Origin: Bigelowiella natans CCMP2755
Lineage: Eukaryota; Protista; Cercozoa
DNA length: 64,000 nucleotides
Reading direction: 5' to 3'
Assembly: GCA_000320545.1 (NCBI GenBank)
Contig: ADNK01002363.1
Span: forward strand, 1-64,000
The translations under genes were made by a program, and so were the position numbers. Shown here one piece after another: positions 27,410 through 41,058 of the stretch. Numbering within the stretch: the first letter of the stretch is position 1; each line of letters opens with the position of its first letter. The notes under the pieces are model-generated. The model worked only from the letters and a program-made list of their open reading frames with translations. It did no database searches and was not told the DNA's origin.

Positions 27410-28698
27410 AATTGATATTGGTTTTTGCACGGACCACCACCATCACTTCCCATTTGCTGCTGCTCCTACTACTAGCACTACTACTCCTCCTACTGCCACC
27501 ATTGCTACTACTGCTACTACGACAGATAATGCAATGATCGGTCGGTCTACTTGTGTGGGATCGTGAATCCTGACACCTACACATCACGCATGTACGTTCT
27601 CTCAATCGACAGTTGGAAAATCCAGCCCCCATTTCCGGAGAGGAAGAGGGGGGGGGGGGGGGGGGGGGATGGGATTGGCCATATGTAAGACCGCCATAAA
27701 TTATATTCATATGAATCTGATAGCAGTAGTAGTCGTCGTAGTAGTAGTAAGGAGAAGAGGTAGTAGTCAGTGGTCAAGACTGTGGTGATTAGTTGTTACT
27801 ACAGGGACGTTTATCGTGATTTGTGTGGATTCAGGGGCCTTCTCAACCTAGCAAGAGAAAGAAGAGGAGGAGGAGGAAGAAGAAAGAAAAAGAAGGCTAA
27901 TTTGGTTGCGGTTGTTGCTTTTGCTTATGCTGCTGCTGCTTTTGCTTCCCCCTCCCCCAAGGGCGATCACGACTGCTCTCTCTTTCCCCTCTACAAACTC
28001 GTTCGACTTGTCAAGATTACGATGACGATGATGGTAACGATGATGATAACGATGATGGTGGTAGCTGGTGGTGGGATGTCAATGACCGGCTCTTTGAATT
28101 CCACAGTGAGGTCGGTATTCAGGATGCAGCCAGCTGTTATCTATTGATGGTGAGAGGAGGATGGGTGATGATGAGAGGTGGATGATTGGTGGCGGGTGGT
28201 GATGATGATGGTGGTGATGGTGATAACGATGATGATGATGATGATCAAGCTCCTTATGGAGTGTGAAGGGAAGATGCGATCTCGCTGACGGCAGTACCTC
28301 TTTCTTGTTGTTGCTGCCTTTCACCTCGACGCATGTTAGACGATATCTGATACGTTGTTCAGGAAAGACATCGATGCTTTTAGCAATGGCACACGCACGC
28401 ACACACACACACACACACACGCACGCACGCACACGCACACATACACACACGCACACATACACGCATCTATGTATAGGAGGATGCTGGGCAAAAACAGAAC
28501 TCCGGCGACAACGATGGTGATATACCGCTTTCCATCGTCCGCGGTGATATACAGCACGTCACCTTTCGTCAGAGTAACCTGACGAGGAAAATGATGATGA
28601 AGAAAGTACACGCGCGCGCGCGTGTGTGTGTGAGTGTGAGAGTGTGTGGCAGTGTGCAGTGTTTTGCAGCCGACGATATATTTGCCTTTATATTGCTA

Positions 28699-28729
<31 letters not shown>

Positions 28730-29423
28730 AACTACTACCTCAATTTATTACTTCCACTCCTCCCTCTACTACTACTTCTCCTCCTTCTCCTCCTACTACT
28801 ACTGCTACTACATAGTTATCTTGAAGTTCGCGTGTGAGCACGAGTTTTGGGTTCTTAATGACTGACAACAATAACAATAACAACGTCAGCAGCAGCAACA
28901 ACTAAATGCCAGACCGGAAATCGGGGGAGATGGCGTAGTAGGAGAATTGAAAGCAGCGTTCGTGGATGTGCTTTGTTTTTGATGATGATGACGACGACGA
29001 CGACGACGATATACGTGAAAACTGCCATCGAAAAGGCTGGAACTTGACGTAAGTCAGCTTTGGAAGTTCTTTTAGTGTAAAGGCCTATGGTGAAAAGACA
29101 GCAGAGGAAGAGGAAGAAGAGGCAAAAGAAGAAAAGCAATAGTAATAAGAAAAATACTTTAACTCGAAAAAGGAGGGGCTAGGATGATTTTCCCAAAAGC
29201 CCGATTTCTGTATGAATATTTATCGCTACGATCTACGATCACATAGTCCCGTATCAGTTACTCACTCCTTATCATTTCATTACTCCTCCTCTTCCTCTCA
29301 TCCTTCCCCCACCTGCCCCCTACTTCAGGCTCTCAGGCAAAATCAATGCAAGAATTAGCAATAGAAGCAGAGACATCTATATCATCCTACCATGGTATCT
29401 CCGCCCTGGAGCAACATATCTGG

Positions 29424-29480
<57 letters not shown>

Positions 29481-30553
29481 GGAGGAAAGGATAGAGATAG
29501 ATAGGAGAGGACAGAGAGCGTCCACGCAAGACATGTGACTAATCGTATAGAATGAAAATAATAGCCAAAAGCCCTCCACTCAATCTTCCCTAAATATTCT
29601 TCTTCTTCTTCTTCTCCTCCTCCTCCTCCTCATCCAACTAGAAGGGAACATCGTCGTGAGTCCGTAGGAAACGTGAGCTGCTGTGGCATTACCTTCCATA
29701 AGCGAATCCGACAAAATCGCGCACATACGCGGGGCTGTGAATTCTACGAGACCGCAGTGAGACACCTTCCCGTACCTGCGAAGTTGAGAAGGCAAGCCGT
29801 AAGAAAGCGGAAAGCATATCATTCACCATCGTAGTCGTGGGGAGTGTGTGTATTTCTGATTAGCTTCTGCGTGCCGCCGTTTGCCACGCTTTCTCCGTGG
29901 GGAAACGAAAAATAGAGAATGAGATCGCCAGGAACTATAGCAGCAGCAGCAGCAACAACAACAACAACAACAACTACTACTACTACTACTACTTATCGTT
30001 TGAAACTCGGAACAGAAGGGGGCTAGGCATCGAATGGCGAAAACGGATCTGCAGCTGCCCAAGAACCTCTATGGTTAACGAACACCAAAGTAAATATAAG
30101 AGGATAGCAGAAGGCAGTAATGGCAAGGAAGAGAACTATCATCCAAATTCGTCATCATAGTGTTGAATCTGCCCCCATCCTCTCCAATCTTACCGGGTGG
30201 CAAGCATACTTTATTCCCTTTGAGCTCACGGGTCTTCTTGTCAATCACATATTTGTGCGGTCCTAAGAAAGTTAAAGGTCGATGATGGGTGGTTCATGGG
30301 CTTCGCCCGTGTTCGGCCCGCCCCGTCGCACATCCCATTCCCCCCTGCCACGCCTCCATTTCAGATTATGCATGATAGACCTGGCGCAGACTTCGAGAAG
30401 CATCGCAGCGAGAATTTCACCTGCAAACAATGGCGTCATTTCTAATCATCGTCCGTGCACGATCGTCGCTATCATCAATCAATCATGGTCATTGCAGGGC
30501 AGAGAAGCAAGGCGTCCCACCTCCCTATTGGCGCTGCCTCGGTTGTACATCAT
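25091..30553 (-). CDS. UFD1-family protein (extended paralogue) with C-terminal VCP/p97-binding motif
   Basis: Hand-spliced exons: MMYNRGSANRE/VKFSLRCFSKSAP/GPHKYVIDKKTRELKGNKVCLPP/EVLGQL...PLLFRVSND/KYGKVSHCGLVEFTAP...DMLLQGGDTM...VTLTKGDVLYITADDGKR/YRLTCVEVK/ITAGCILNTDLTVEFKEP. The last exon ends ADEIRRRRLAALSRW*. Confidence 0.85.
25410..30000. repeat. Dense intronic di- and trinucleotide microsatellites (CAT, CTA, CCT, CA, GA, TA, polyG)
   Basis: Nearly every intron of the UFD1-like gene has one, for example (CAT)n at 26518-26617. Confidence 0.95.
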
Positions 30554-30765
30554 CGGCGCTCGGGCTCGAGGCCTCGTATGGTTGATCGATTCGACGTTTC
30601 GTTGTCGCACTACTTCCAACAAAATCGGCCGAGTTGGGCGCATCGAGACAATATCCTAGGAAAAACTGTCCTCGAAGCCACTCTGACGGCAACATAAACA
30701 ACACAAAACATTCGATTCCGAGCGGTTCCCGTCGACATCCACGTCGTCGACCACACAATAACCAG
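30554..30765. promoter_or_regulatory. Putative ~210 bp bidirectional promoter
   Basis: CpG-rich spacer between the divergent UFD1-like and FKBP genes. Confidence 0.4.
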
Positions 30766-31482
30766 ATGCGGAGGTGGGGCGCTCACAGACTACCTGAAGC
30801 CGAATCTAAGTTGTTGTCTAAATGTGCAGTTTGAAGACTTTGCTGATGGTCTCCATTTTGAGGTGAGAAGGAACACCAATTAATGTGCATGCACCGATCT
30901 AAACTTCAAAGCATAACCGCATTCAGCGTCTCGCAATTGCACTACACATACGCCAAGAAAGCTCCCCAACTGGATCGGCCGAAAGTGGGAAAACAGTTTC
31001 AGCGACGACGATGCGTAAGGTTGTTGTGACTGAGTAGCGGTGTCCATACTTATCAGAACAGAGTGTTGATGATGTGTTCTCAGTAGGCGATTGAATGTCG
31101 CTAATCTTGGGAAGAGGAAGATTTTGTCTACAATATCTATATTAGCGAGTAGTGGTCTTGCAGCTGTGCAGAGGTCGCGGGCAGATCCACGTCAGGGGGG
31201 TGACAGAGAGGGGCTTACTGCACGGGGGGCGAACAATGTTTTCGCGGGAGGACGCACTGAGTTGTGTGACAAAGGATGTCAACAAGCTCTCGAGGAAATG
31301 CCATTGGTAAAAGTGTCTAAAACATCAAGTGCATCACAACTGAAAGTTATCACTCGGTGGTGTTTCGTGTTGCTATATGGGAGGCATATTGCCGGAGTTT
31401 GGCAAATTAGAAATAGCTACACTCGGTGGATTCCCCTTCTCCCACGAACTCGCAAAGATAGATAGATAAACAGGAAGAGAGG

Positions 31483-31536
<54 letters not shown>

Positions 31537-32249
31537 GAGAAAGAGAGAAAGAGAGAAAGAGAAAGAGAGTGGGATCAGTTTTTATTTCTTTTAGGTCGAA
31601 ACAAAAAGTGGTTTGAAGTATCGTGACATCGAGGTAGGACAGGGACCGCGGCCTCCGAAAGGCTTTCAGATTACTGTCAACGCTGTCATGATGGTAGTTG
31701 TGCATTCATTCGGACGTTTCTCTTTCAGTGGGGCCGAATGCAATTTTCATTTGTCGCCAACAACACATGTAGGTTCCTAGGCCTGGAGGAGAGCTTATCA
31801 CGTTTGTAAATTCCCTCGAAAGGGGCTTTCCTATTGAGTTTCGAATCGGGACAGGATCGACTATAAAGGTAAAAGAGCAGTAGCAAAAAAGACGCATTAT
31901 TCTCATATTCCTCAATTCCGGGCTCAATATCTACAGGGCATAGACGAAGGAGTTTCAACGATGCGTTTGGGTGGGATTCGACGATTATACATCCCTGGCT
32001 CTCTCTCATTCCCTAATGGCGTCAAAGCTACTTCACCATCAGCCCCAACGGTAATCCATTTCTAGGCAGTGCTCTTAGAGATTATTCTTATCGATATGCC
32101 AGCAGTGCTGCATTAGTAATGATGTGTATCTAGAACTGCCATGCTTACATTTTGCATTCATATAGGTCCCATCAGGAAGCCCCGTCGTTGTCGATGTGCA
32201 GTTAGCTTATATATCAGGGTTAGATATGGAGGACGACGACGTAGAGTGA
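30766..32249 (+). CDS. FKBP16-3: Thylakoid-lumen FKBP-type peptidyl-prolyl isomerase, FKBP16-3-like
   Basis: Exons give CDKGCQQALEEMPL/VETKSGLKYRDIEVGQGPRPPKGFQITVNAVMM/...FRIGTGSTIK/GIDEGVSTMRLGGIRRLYIPGSLSFPNG.../VPSGSPVVVDVQLAYISGLDMEDDDVE*. Upstream there is a signal-like MRSLKTLLMVSILSITAFS and a lumen signal KRKILSTISILASSGLAAVQRSRA. One 5' junction is unresolved. Confidence 0.85.
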
Positions 32250-32624
32250 GTGAGTAATAAATGTGTGGTTGTGCAGAACAAAATTCAGGCCTGAAAGGCT
32301 CTTGAAAATGAAAAGGCATTTCGCTTGTTGTGTTGCCGTCAATGCTATCCATGAACATGGAACTCCCTACTTCGTACATGGGAGCAACCGGGAACGCACA
32401 TGCACAAAACGTAATACGAGCAACGTTCATCTTCCATGCGCTGATCTATGCGCTTGAGAATGTATGACATCTGAATGCGTCCGCGTACCGTGTGAGCGCT
32501 GTACATGTATGTGCATTGACGGATCAAAACGTTCGGTGCTGCGCAGCATGTGGACACACTTTTGGTGCACATTCACATCACCTTGTCCCCGTTGGATAGT
32601 CCGCTCTTGCGCATGACAGTGTAG

Positions 32625-32995
32625 CAGTGCACACCGCACATTCAGACGCCAACCACGCACTTTGCGACATGTGGACATGCGATCTAGCAAAGCAGCTGCT
32701 GTGCACGATGCTGCAATGGCTTTGGCTGAAACACCTCCTGTTCACAATCATCATTGCTGGAGAGGAAGGTCTGGATGATGTGAAAGCACGTCACAGCACA
32801 TCATGTCACAGGCGGTTTGAGCTCAAGTGGAACCGTGCACATTGCAGGCCATGCAAACGCAACAAGGCTCTTGTGATGCAACAGAAGAATGGAACTTGAG
32901 CTTCAATTCAATGTGCACACGCACACTGCGTCACAAGATCTCTTGTCCAGACCTGCTAGCCTGTCCGCTGCTTCGTGCGGCATCAACGCACAACG

Positions 32996-33028
<33 letters not shown>

Positions 33029-33409
33029 GACTAGATGCGCGTGGACCAATCACTTTGTGGTGTTTTCTTGACACTCTCAAAACTTTGTGAAGCTGCAGAC
33101 GCGCGCGCACCACGACGTTGCACAGAGCCTCAGAGCACACAATGCCTGTCTGGCTGTGCTCGCTGTCTGGGAAAACTTGCAGTCGTGAAAAAAGAAGAGA
33201 GTTCATGGTTCGATGAAAAAGAAAAAGTTGGAGGCGCCTTTGAAGGCACAGGTTGATCAGTGGAATGAGGTGACATGACGAGGATTGAGAATCACAACAA
33301 AGTGACACCTGTCTGCGACAACGATCGCCTTCACAGTTCAAGTCTCAGGGAAAAGGTCGCCAACCTCTCAAGCACCCGGGAGGGAAAAAACATCGATCAG
33401 TGACAAGTG
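32625..33409. other. TpA-depleted tract
   Basis: Hand count: 3 TA in ~785 nt, all CTAG. Confidence 0.92.
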
Positions 33410-34007
33410 TAGTGCGCAGCACCAAACGCAGCACCAAGTTGAAAAAAACGCAAGTTACCGAAAAATTCAAAGAAAAACTGGTAGTCCCGACAAAAAATAG
33501 GAGAGCTTGGTTGCCAATCCAGCGTGTAGCAAATGCATGTTTTTGGGGTGAAACACAGGGTGATTTTGTTAAATCGGAGAGTTTCTCAACTGTCGCGAGG
33601 AAACTTCGGCTAAACCACTTGTCCTACGCATCCTTTCCAACCACAACAACCCAGCGGAAGGCAGGAGAAACGATCCACACACCTCAAACTGCACACAACC
33701 ATAAGCTCCGTGCCTGAAAGATTTTTCTGGATCCATTGAATAAGCGCGTATGACTCAACGTTATGTTTGTTGATGTACCTAACAAATTTAGACTTTCATG
33801 ATTGTAAACCGCATTGTCTTTGTGTGTTAGGGATTTTTATGACCAAAACTTCGACTCTCAAGCACTACGACTGCGTCGTTGGCATCGATGGCTGGGTGCA
33901 ATTTCTTTGCCATATTTCCATAAGTTTATACTTAACCGGCACATACGCTCTTTTAGGGTGCTGCATCTATTCCAAGGAATCGAACCACCGAAAGACGAAT
34001 TCGGAAA

Positions 34008-37000
34008 ATGCAAAATGGAGCACATCTTCTCTGGATACCAATCATTGTTATAGGCATCGTCTTCATAGTTCTTGCTGCTGTAAGTACGTACATACCTGAG
34101 CTTATTTCGAATGAAAATAACAAATGTGTTTTTAAGGACGCAAACATGAACGTCATAGCTGTTTCGGTGGTTTTTAGCATCTGGATTCTCTGTGTTATTG
34201 CCCACATTACCCTCCGCATCCTTGTACATTGCCACATGGTAGCTTGCAGTTTCTTTGCGTTTTATCGAATGATGGGTATATAATAATGAGTAAATTGACA
34301 AATCAGAGATCTTCTCGTCTGAACCTAAAGGAAAACCCCGAACAACTAAAATGGGGAAATCGAATATGGAGAGATCTCATTCAAACAATAATATGGATCC
34401 GCTCTGACCCAACCAATAGATTTCGTTTGACAAGAGCCCTCCAAGTCAGCGTTCCCTCGCTTATGCCTGTTGAAGCATACTTACTTGATCGGTTTATGGG
34501 CTCACTTGAGGACGACGATAATATAGTTTTCCATATGGAACAGGCGTTCAAAAATAAGAATGTAGGCCGTATAATAGTCCAAGCGCTACCAATGTTCGAT
34601 ATTCTCTGGCATAATTCAACTCGTATGGAATGGATTCGTATTCTAGATTTTCTTGGAGATTTCGCTGCAACAGAAATACAGGCAGCTACATTTGGAAATG
34701 TGCTTAATCTTCTCTTCCGAAGCCTCTTAGGCGAAGGGCGCTGGTACACAAGATATCTTACCGGAAATCGACAAGAGCTAACTGCCGATGGGAAAGCTGC
34801 AGCTCAGAATCTGGCTCCAGCAAACCAGCTTGAGTCTGTATTTAGGGCCCAGCACGGAACACACATAGGAAGAATCAAGACTCAGAAGTTTCGAAATGCA
34901 AATCGACTCCCAACTGATGAGACAATAGTTCGTGCTTTCTTTGGTAACCCTGCTCAGACCATAACTGATAACGGGTTTGAGCATACGATGAGGGCGGTAG
35001 TAAAACATTGGCACTTCCTCCTTAAGAACAAGCCTGGTAACTTCGCACATCAACGACAAGAACTTCTAGATCCGATTAATGCGATGCGCGTAAGTCTACC
35101 CGCAATTCTTACCCAACTTGTAGCACTTCGAGGAATCAATAAAAATGACAGGCACGAATTAGCACCATTCATAAGGAGATGCGAGTTACTTGAGCCTCGC
35201 GCAGACTTCTCAGATTTAAGAGAGCTGATAAATGATTTCAAGCACAATCTCATGGAGCATGTGTGTGCTGGAGTTGCCTCTCGAGTAAGTCCTCTAGCTG
35301 CCTGGATTAATTTGATCCTAGAAAGCGTCGACAGGTTGGAGGAAGAAGTGAAGGAAGTAATGAATCTTGTCCACTCAGTGAGGTCGGGTATCACATTTGG
35401 AATTTCCGTGGTGGAGAACATCGACTGGAAATGTCCGACAGATACGCAGTTCAAAGAGATAATTCCAAGATATTTAAAGAATCCCAAAGAATTTCAGCAT
35501 GAAAGCATCAATTCTCGAGTGCTGGAAAGTGCTTTAGATAAACTAAATCCAAAGGATAAGAGAACATTCATCGAATTCATAGACAAGAATATCCCTAATC
35601 CAAAGTCTAGAACTATGTTCGTTTATTTAAATAAGCGTGTCAGGTCCCTCCTTAAAAGAGAGATCATCCGTCTCCGCTTCAACGAAGAGATTCAAAAGCT
35701 GGAGGAGCAAACGGGACAGACAGTTGCAGGGAAAATCGTCGCTGCCCAAAAAGCCTGGCTGGAATTTGAACTCAAACATCTAAAGATATTCGGATTGAAC
35801 GCATTTCTTGACCATGCAAAGTTGAGGAGACCATTAAGGGACCTTCAAATTGTCTCCCAACTACAAGCAACTGAGCTAGATGAAAGCAAGATTAGAAGCT
35901 TGGCGCATATGCAGGGGTCACTACGAGTCCAAAAAGTAGGTAATCTTCAGATCGGTAAAAGATATTGGTTTAAGCGGTTTTACCCTCATGGCAAGGACGA
36001 AGAACTTCAGTTCAAAGGATACGATGAGATCAAAGACACGTGCTGCTTCGAAGGAAGAAATGGCCAGAAGCACCAATTTTCATGGAACACTCGTGGAAAA
36101 CAATCCGAGACATTGAAAAATTTATCGGGAGAGGGTGAAAGGAAATGTCACAACATTCCTGCGGTAGAAAAGCCTTCTCGGATAGGAGAGAGTATTTTGA
36201 AAGAGGTTGGACTGCGAGAGAGAGGAATATATGAAATGAGGCCAGAACACTACCTCATCGTTGGTGGTGGACCAACAGGATTATTGACAGCACTCCATAT
36301 ATTGGGAAACGTTCTGAGTGGAGGAGGAACTGTGACAGTTTCAGAAAAGCGAGGAGCTTTTGGAGATGGCGCCAGTGTGTTCTCAAGAGCTCAAGTTGTA
36401 AGACTTGACCCCCGTTGGATTGCAATGTTAAGATACCATCTCGGTACACGCTTTGAAGATATCTTTGTGCAGCTCGATGGAGAAACGATGGCACATTCAA
36501 GTAATTTTATAATCAATCAAGGATTCGTCGAGCTTACGACAAAAACGCTCGAAGATGTGTTACAATGGGGAGTGGTAATGAGGCGCTCTGCTGGTCTGAT
36601 AAGGTATCATACAGAAGCTGCAGTTGAGTATGACTGGATGAAACATAGTGGAAAAACCCTTGGCCACCAGCTGAAGGTGGGAGATACTCTCCTGGATTTT
36701 ATAGATGAGCGAGAAATGAAAAAGTACGAATATGCAACAGTCATCGAGGTTAAGGATGTGGAAACTCGTGAATATCAAAACACAAAGAGACCAGAGGTTT
36801 GGTACAATTGAACCTATTTCCGAATGCGATACCGACGTGTGTGTGCGTGTGTGTGTGTGTTGATATAGGCGTTGAGAATTAAGGTGGAATGCTTCGACAG
36901 GAATGGAAGCACAACTATTCACTGCGAGACAACAAAGACGGACGTGTTTCATTTAGACCTTCGAAACACCCATTTCATAATCGCTACGGGTAAGGGAGCA

Positions 37001-40000
37001 AACGCGAAGGATTCTGTATGTATGACAACAAAGGAATACTATGGAGTCTCTTGTCTCAGTGGTTCGAAGGTGTCCCATGTGATGCATCGAATGGTAATTA
37101 TATTTCATGTTCTGTCAAACTTCCGTAATCGAAGTTATTAGTGATATACGTTTAAAGTTTAGTGTGCTCGTTTAATTTCTTTACACAAAAAGTTAGTATC
37201 TCAGACGCTGGTGGTTTGCTCAACACATTTGACAGGGTGTTCAGAGATGGAAGAATCACCTTTTGAATGATATACGCTCCATTGTGGAAGATAACACCCG
37301 CCTTGTTGGAGACTTCACTAAGATCATCTCCATCTCAAAGATTGCCAAATTTATGATTATGTATGCCCAGACTACAAACTGGAGAGCCGCGGCATGTCAA
37401 GAATTTGGTTCCACTTGCATCGATTTTTCAACTTTGTATGAAGAACTCGTCGACGAGCTGACACGCTACGAGAGTGAATCAACCAACTATCTACGAGAAT
37501 CACTACAGGCTCGTGTCTTTGAAACTGGGGACAACACCTATCTAGGAATGGAAGTGAACCGAGAGTTCAAGATATGGCAAAATATCATCTGCCATCAGCT
37601 AAGTTCAAAACACCTTTCTGCCTCAAATCATACAGAGAAAGAGCTTGCTAAATTCAAGAAAGCTCTAGATCGGTTTTCTTCTAAACTATTTTTTCAAGCT
37701 GCGTTTGATGTGCTTGGTTCTGGAGATGTCTTCAATCCTGGTGCAAAATACAAGATCCCGCCCTATAATCTTATCAACAGTCACAAACCGACAACCCTGG
37801 GTAGGCTTGTTAAGGGCGATGCGTTCGAATTCAAAGGAAGTCTTTCCTCAGCCACAGCCGGCAACGAACAGAAGGAAGGATCTGTCGCTCTCCTCCGGTC
37901 CGGACGCTACGAGCTTATCAGCTGTGGGAAGCGATGCTGGTACAATCCATGCAGTCGCTCCGCTCATATAGTTCGAGATTCCGAGGGTAGACTCTATCGG
38001 ATAACGGACAGCCAGATGGAGGTGTATCTCGCATCAGATTTCACTCGCTCTCCTGATGGCAAGACTGAGTCCCGGGTAGCCTTTTCAACATTCTCTGTTG
38101 GGCATTATGTCAACACCAGCTGTATGAGAATAACTGACAAGAAATGCGGAGTAGTGTACGTTCCCGTGGGCGACGGTCAAAGCACCCCTCACTTCATGCG
38201 CTACAGCGGTCTTACCGGTGCTGCGATCAACGCGATGGAGATTAACAACTTCGCGGAAGGCCACGTATGCCGCCTTTCCTTCACGAAACGCTACGAGAAC
38301 TACATCTTCAACACCAACTGGTCAAATGGAGAGGTTGTTACTCGTGGCACAGGGTTTGGGTATGGCAAAGGTGGCTTCTTACGCCCAGGATTCGAATATC
38401 AGGCCTGGTTGAGGTACTTATATCACAAAATCGAGGAACACGCTCACACCACAAAGTGTGGTACTGAGCAGGTCGTTGAACCATCCTGCGTTTTCAACTA
38501 CGACTGGATGCGGAAGTTTGCGGCTGCGTTGATTCCCCGCAGGCTGGAAAACAACACCCTCTATCAGATGTCGTTAGTTAGAACCCTCAAAGAGGAACTC
38601 CAGCGTTTTATGGAGACGGTTTCTGTGAACAACGTGTTCGGAGACTCGAAGGAGAGGATGCATTGGAAACGCTCCTTCATTGAGAAGACTTTTCTCGCAG
38701 TTGTCGACTTCGCACGGATCGAAGCGAATGCTGGACAACGCGTCTCCTCTGAGCAGGAGAATCAGCTGAACCCTCTCGACTCAATTGCGGATAACCAGAG
38801 CCCCGAACTACAGGCTTTTATAGATGGATTTACGCTTTCGGCGTCTTTGACTGCTGCAGGGCTTGCCGCAGCAGATCAAGGAGGAGATGGTGACGGGGTA
38901 ATTTTCCTTGGCAATCTGGGTTTGGTATTCCAGTTAGTCGGTCCAGTTCTAGCGTTCTCTTCCGTTTCGAATGCATCGCGATACTTGAGAAGGAATGAGG
39001 ATTTCCAGGCTCACTTCGTTGAAGAAAAACTGCTTCCCTTTAAAGAGACTCTCTACCTGCAGAGGGGGAAGAATTATAAGGTGCACGGAACCAGCGAGAA
39101 CAACCCCTTCATTCAACAAATTCGTAATCATATGAATGAAGTTGAGAGGTTCTGTAGCTTGTATAGACGTCCTTTGGACAAGAATTTCGTGAAGAAAGTC
39201 GAGTCCATCTGGGAACAAGGCACCAAAATTGACCAGAACGACGAGCTGCACGAACGCACTAGTCTCTCCAGCGATGATGATGAGAAAGAAAGCAAGAAGA
39301 CATACATTTCTGAGAGCGTTGCAACGAAGACGGAAAATGTTATCCACATTCTCCTTGGAAAGCTCATTGTTAAGGATTACCATGATCATACATACACAAA
39401 AGATGCCATGACATCCTTAGCCATCGCCCTAATGAATTTTAGAGACGCAGCTGCTCAGTCTCAGAGAGCTGTACAAGGTCTTGCTGATAGCATTGAAGAT
39501 CTTCTAAAGGACGTTGAAGCTTGGGAACCGGTGGTAAGAGCTGCAATCGAAGAAGGACCAGTTCATTACGGATTTTGTCGACGACGCTCGTGGAGAAATA
39601 ACCACATTCTCAGAATATTATGCTATTTCCGCACTCTTGTGCCGTTGCGTCTTGGCTGTGAGACGTTGTCCATGAAGACTAAGAACATTATCCGGAAGTT
39701 GAGGACCATCAATGAAACTTTTCCAATCGCTAAGAATAACCTGAGCTTCGAGAAAGAGCTACGGGATCTGGAGGAATTTTACTATGCCTCCATCGAGGTT
39801 AACAAAGTCACTCTCATTGTGGTCGCAGGTTAGTTTACAAATCATCAAATACGAGATAAAAGAAGATACTCTACCTACAGCACAGCACAGCTTAAAAGGT
39901 GAAAGCTCTTCTTCTAATGCCCACTTCAGGTTTCTGTTGTTGCGGCTTCCTTGTGTTCACAATTAACAATGTCGTATATTCATCTACAAAATAGGCTTCG

Positions 40001-41058
40001 TTGCTGCGGTAGCTGGAATTATTCAGTTCATTCTAAACATTCTGAATGTATTCGGCGTGGAGGAAATTAATGGAGCAATCGCTGGCATCATTACTGGGGT
40101 CGTTGGGCCTGTCCCAATCATCATCGCTATCTTCTTTTTGATAAAGCAGCAATTTTTAATGGCAAAGCCGAATGCGTGCGGTGGGAACATCAGCGGCCTT
40201 TTGACATACATCAGTGAAGCCTTGCGCTCAATCCAAGGACTCCAAAGAGTTCAGGAAACACTGCAGATATGTAGTGAAATCCTCATGTGGCAAATTGGGA
40301 TCAACACGTTGAGAATCATTGCGTCTGCAACTGCGGCAGGAGCACTTTTGTGCACGGTTGCAGCACCCTTCTTAATCGGCGAGCTGGCTCTTGCTGCTCT
40401 ACTATCTGGGCTACTGGCTCTCACGCTCTCGTTGTACATTTCGTACGGATACTACTACTATCTCGATGAAAAGGCCCCTGCATTAGTATGCCACGCTTTC
40501 AGGAACGAGATTGTGAATATGTACGAGAGATTCTTGTGCTGTGGCAAAACATACAACTCAATGATGGACAACCGCACTGCGTGGGCGTACACAGCCAGGA
40601 TGTTTCTTCACAAATACCGCTTCGATACCGTGTTTGATGCTCCAAGACTCAACTCTATGTTTCAGTATGTGCAAAGTGGCATGGACCTCGCAACTGGCAA
40701 CTCTCTACAGGCTCCATCTCAGCTGAAGGACTACGAAAGTAGGTCTTCTGGGCTGGCGCAAGGGCTCCCGCGGCGTGTACATCTAGAGGAAATGGACCGT
40801 GAGGTAGCTTACGATATACTGATCCATGGGAGAATTAGACCGCATCGATTTGTTAAGATGGAAGGACAAAATGTCTGGTTCACGAGTCTGGAAACGAAGA
40901 CGATGCACAAATTTAGCAAGGATTCTGTCAAGAGAATGATGTTCTACCCCCAGTCATCAATTAGCAGGACAACTACGGAAGCAAATGTTTCGGCTTGGAA
41001 CAAGAGCTCTTGTGTCGTTCAAATGCTAGATGGATGTGACGAAGGGAAAATTCGTTGA
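34008..41058 (+). CDS. Large (~2200 aa) membrane protein with a MICAL-like FAD-dependent monooxygenase region
   Basis: Five exons (~34008-34237, ~34306-36796, ~36869-37093, ~37236-39828, ~39995-41058). Rossmann motif YLIVGGGPTGLLTAL...VSEKR..FSRAQVVRL at ~36250, second FAD motif VGDGQSTPHFMRYSG at ~38165, two N-terminal and several C-terminal TM helices. Confidence 0.8.
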
